Source of the DNA: a virus | Taxonomy: Duplodnaviria > Caudoviricetes | IMG/VR virus record: IMGVR_UViG_3300020045_001994 | Location: 1-25,294 of that record | Reading direction: 5' to 3' (one strand) | Length of the DNA stretch: 25,294 bases | Part shown: positions 23,878 through 25,294 of the stretch, piece by piece | How the letters are laid out: each line of letters starts with the position of its first letter | Numbering within the stretch: the stretch's first letter is position 1 | Notes under the pieces: model-generated | The model's database searches: none | What the model was told of the DNA's origin: nothing | What the model saw: the letters and a program-made list of their open reading frames with translations, nothing else | Position numbers and translations under genes: made by a program

Positions 23878-23904
23878 TTTTAATCCTTTGTTTATTGAGT
23901 CAAC

Positions 23905-23915
23905 ATTGTAGCTCA
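23905..23915 (-). promoter_or_regulatory. Repeated promoter/operator motif (TGAGCTACAAT)
   Basis: 28 nt upstream of ATG 23877. Confidence 0.65.
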
Positions 23916-23980
23916 AAAACAGCCATGCAACCATTTATTTGAATTTAATCCTATAATTCACGCAATTATTTAGGATTTAA

Positions 23981-25294
23981 ATGGAAAATCAAAAGCGAAG
24001 CCGGGGCCGACCACGTAAAGACAGCGTAATCCGTAGTGACGGCCCGTATCTCAATGTTTTTGCCAGCGTCGGCAACAGCAAAGATCGCAGCTCATACACA
24101 ACGGCAGGCACACCGCGCATCCTTGATTTTCAAGAGCTGGAAAACCTGTACCAAGGCAACGGATTCGCCCGTCGCATTATCGACCTGCCAGCGTCTGACA
24201 TGGTGCGAGCATCTTTTGAAATTGAAGGTGTGGAGGATTGTGAGCCTATCCTGGCAGAACTAGAGGGCATTAATATGATGCCTAAGCTATGCGATGCCAT
24301 AAAGTGGTCTAGCTTGTATGGTGGGGCTCTAGTGGTCATGCTGGTGAATGACGGCGGAATGATGGAGGATGATCTGGTCCATGAGCGGGCTAAGTCGTTG
24401 GAGCAATTGCGGGTCTACGATCGCCACCAAGTTACCCGTTATAAAAAGTACACTGACCCAAGTGATATGCGCTTTGGCGGTACTGAGCTTTACATGATCT
24501 CGCCTCTGGAGGGGTCGCCTTACGTGGTGCATGAGTCTCGCTGTTTGGTGTTTGATGGCGTCTCTGTGCCTGACCGTACACGCGCCATTAATGACGGCTG
24601 GGGGGCTAGTGTGTTGCAGCAATGCGCAGATCAGCTAACACGCTTTGGCATGTCTCATATTTGGGCTAACTCATTGGTAGAGCGTGCGCAACAGGCAGTT
24701 CATGGCATTCCTGATCTGACAAACACACTACGCGCACCCGGCGGTGAGGCATTGGTTCGACAGCGTATTGACTTGGTTGACATGGCCAGATCTATAAATA
24801 ACACCGTTGTCATTGATGCTGTTGAAAGCTACGATCTAAAGTCAACGTCACTAAGTGGCGTTCCTGACCTTATCGACCGCTTTGCATTGGCCCTATCCGC
24901 TGTCACGGGCATCCCTGAGTCACTATTGTTTGGCAAGGCTACGGGGGGTTTAACTGCCTCTGGTGGCAATGATCTGGAAAACTGGTATTCAAAGGTAAGC
25001 CAACTGCAAGAAACAATACTGTTACCCGCTGTTGATAAGTTGTGCGCAATTCAAATGCACATCATGGGCCGGTATGTTGAGGATTACAAAATTGAGTTTG
25101 AATCTCTGTTTATGCCTTCTGAAAAAGAAGAGGCTGAGATTGAAAAGCTAGAGGCAGAGGCCAAGAAGATCAAAGCCGATACGGCGAACATCTACGTCAC
25201 AATAGGCGCTTTGGACCCGTCAGAGCTTCGCGCCTACTTGGCCAGTGAAGGCGAATACAAGATTGATGACGTGCCATTGATGGCTGAAATGCCT
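23981..25294 (+). CDS. Portal protein, DUF1073 family (partial, runs off the window)
   Basis: Open frame from ATG 23981 to the window end, not in the ORF track: LYQGNGFARRIIDLPASDMVR, LYGGA, VHESR, GWGASVLQ, TGIPESLLFG...GLTASGGNDLENWY; follows terL. Confidence 0.92.
   Translation, partial: MENQKRSRGRPRKDSVIRSDGPYLNVFASVGNSKDRSSYTTAGTPRILDFQELENLYQGNGFARRIIDLPASDMVRASFEIEGVEDCEPILAELEGINMMPKLCDAIKWSSLYGGALVVMLVNDGGMMEDDLVHERAKSLEQLRVYDRHQVTRYKKYTDPSDMRFGGTELYMISPLEGSPYVVHESRCLVFDGVSVPDRTRAINDGWGASVLQQCADQLTRFGMSHIWANSLVERAQQAVHGIPDLTNTLRAPGGEALVRQRIDLVDMARSINNTVVIDAVESYDLKSTSLSGVPDLIDRFALALSAVTGIPESLLFGKATGGLTASGGNDLENWYSKVSQLQETILLPAVDKLCAIQMHIMGRYVEDYKIEFESLFMPSEKEEAEIEKLEAEAKKIKADTANIYVTIGALDPSELRAYLASEGEYKIDDVPLMAEMP

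Noticed and set aside
24036-24622. Short tracked ORFs 24036..24263, 24130..24339 and 24329..24622
   Set aside because: All lie inside the portal frame, which the track missed because it has no stop in the window.
23981-25294. Anti-CBASS Acb1 label often attached to DUF1073 proteins
   Set aside because: Size, motifs and position after terL fit a portal, not the small 2H phosphoesterase Acb1.

Overview
This window is part of a tailed dsDNA phage genome. It runs from a beta-helix tailspike and lysis cassette (1-3.6 kb, + strand), through a long leftward early/middle region (3.7-18.0 kb, - strand), to a rightward primase-helicase, a putative replication origin, terminase small and large subunits and a DUF1073-type portal that runs off the right edge. 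The leftward region holds many small ORFs, MazG, a Holliday junction resolvase, a RadD-like helicase, a Cas4-like exonuclease, a SNF2-like helicase/EndoVII/DNA methyltransferase cassette, a DUF669 SSB, a Sak4-like ATPase, an NrdR-like Zn ribbon, ThyX and dCMP deaminase. I recognised no integrase, CI-type repressor, DNA polymerase, tRNA or CRISPR array. A betaproteobacterial host is a guess from the small-ORF families. The most notable unexplained structures are: (i) an 11-bp motif TG(C/A/T)GCTACA(A/C)T heading nearly every gene cassette, often as inverted pairs; (ii) a helicase-HNH-methyltransferase cassette bracketed by ~40-bp imperfect direct repeats; (iii) a GGGGCAG repeat cluster with an IHF consensus site after the primase; (iv) a nonsense codon at codon 4 of an otherwise intact, translationally coupled gene; (v) a lysis cassette with no visible spanin but a hidden 25-aa ORF. 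All family assignments come from motif recognition by eye, not from database searches.
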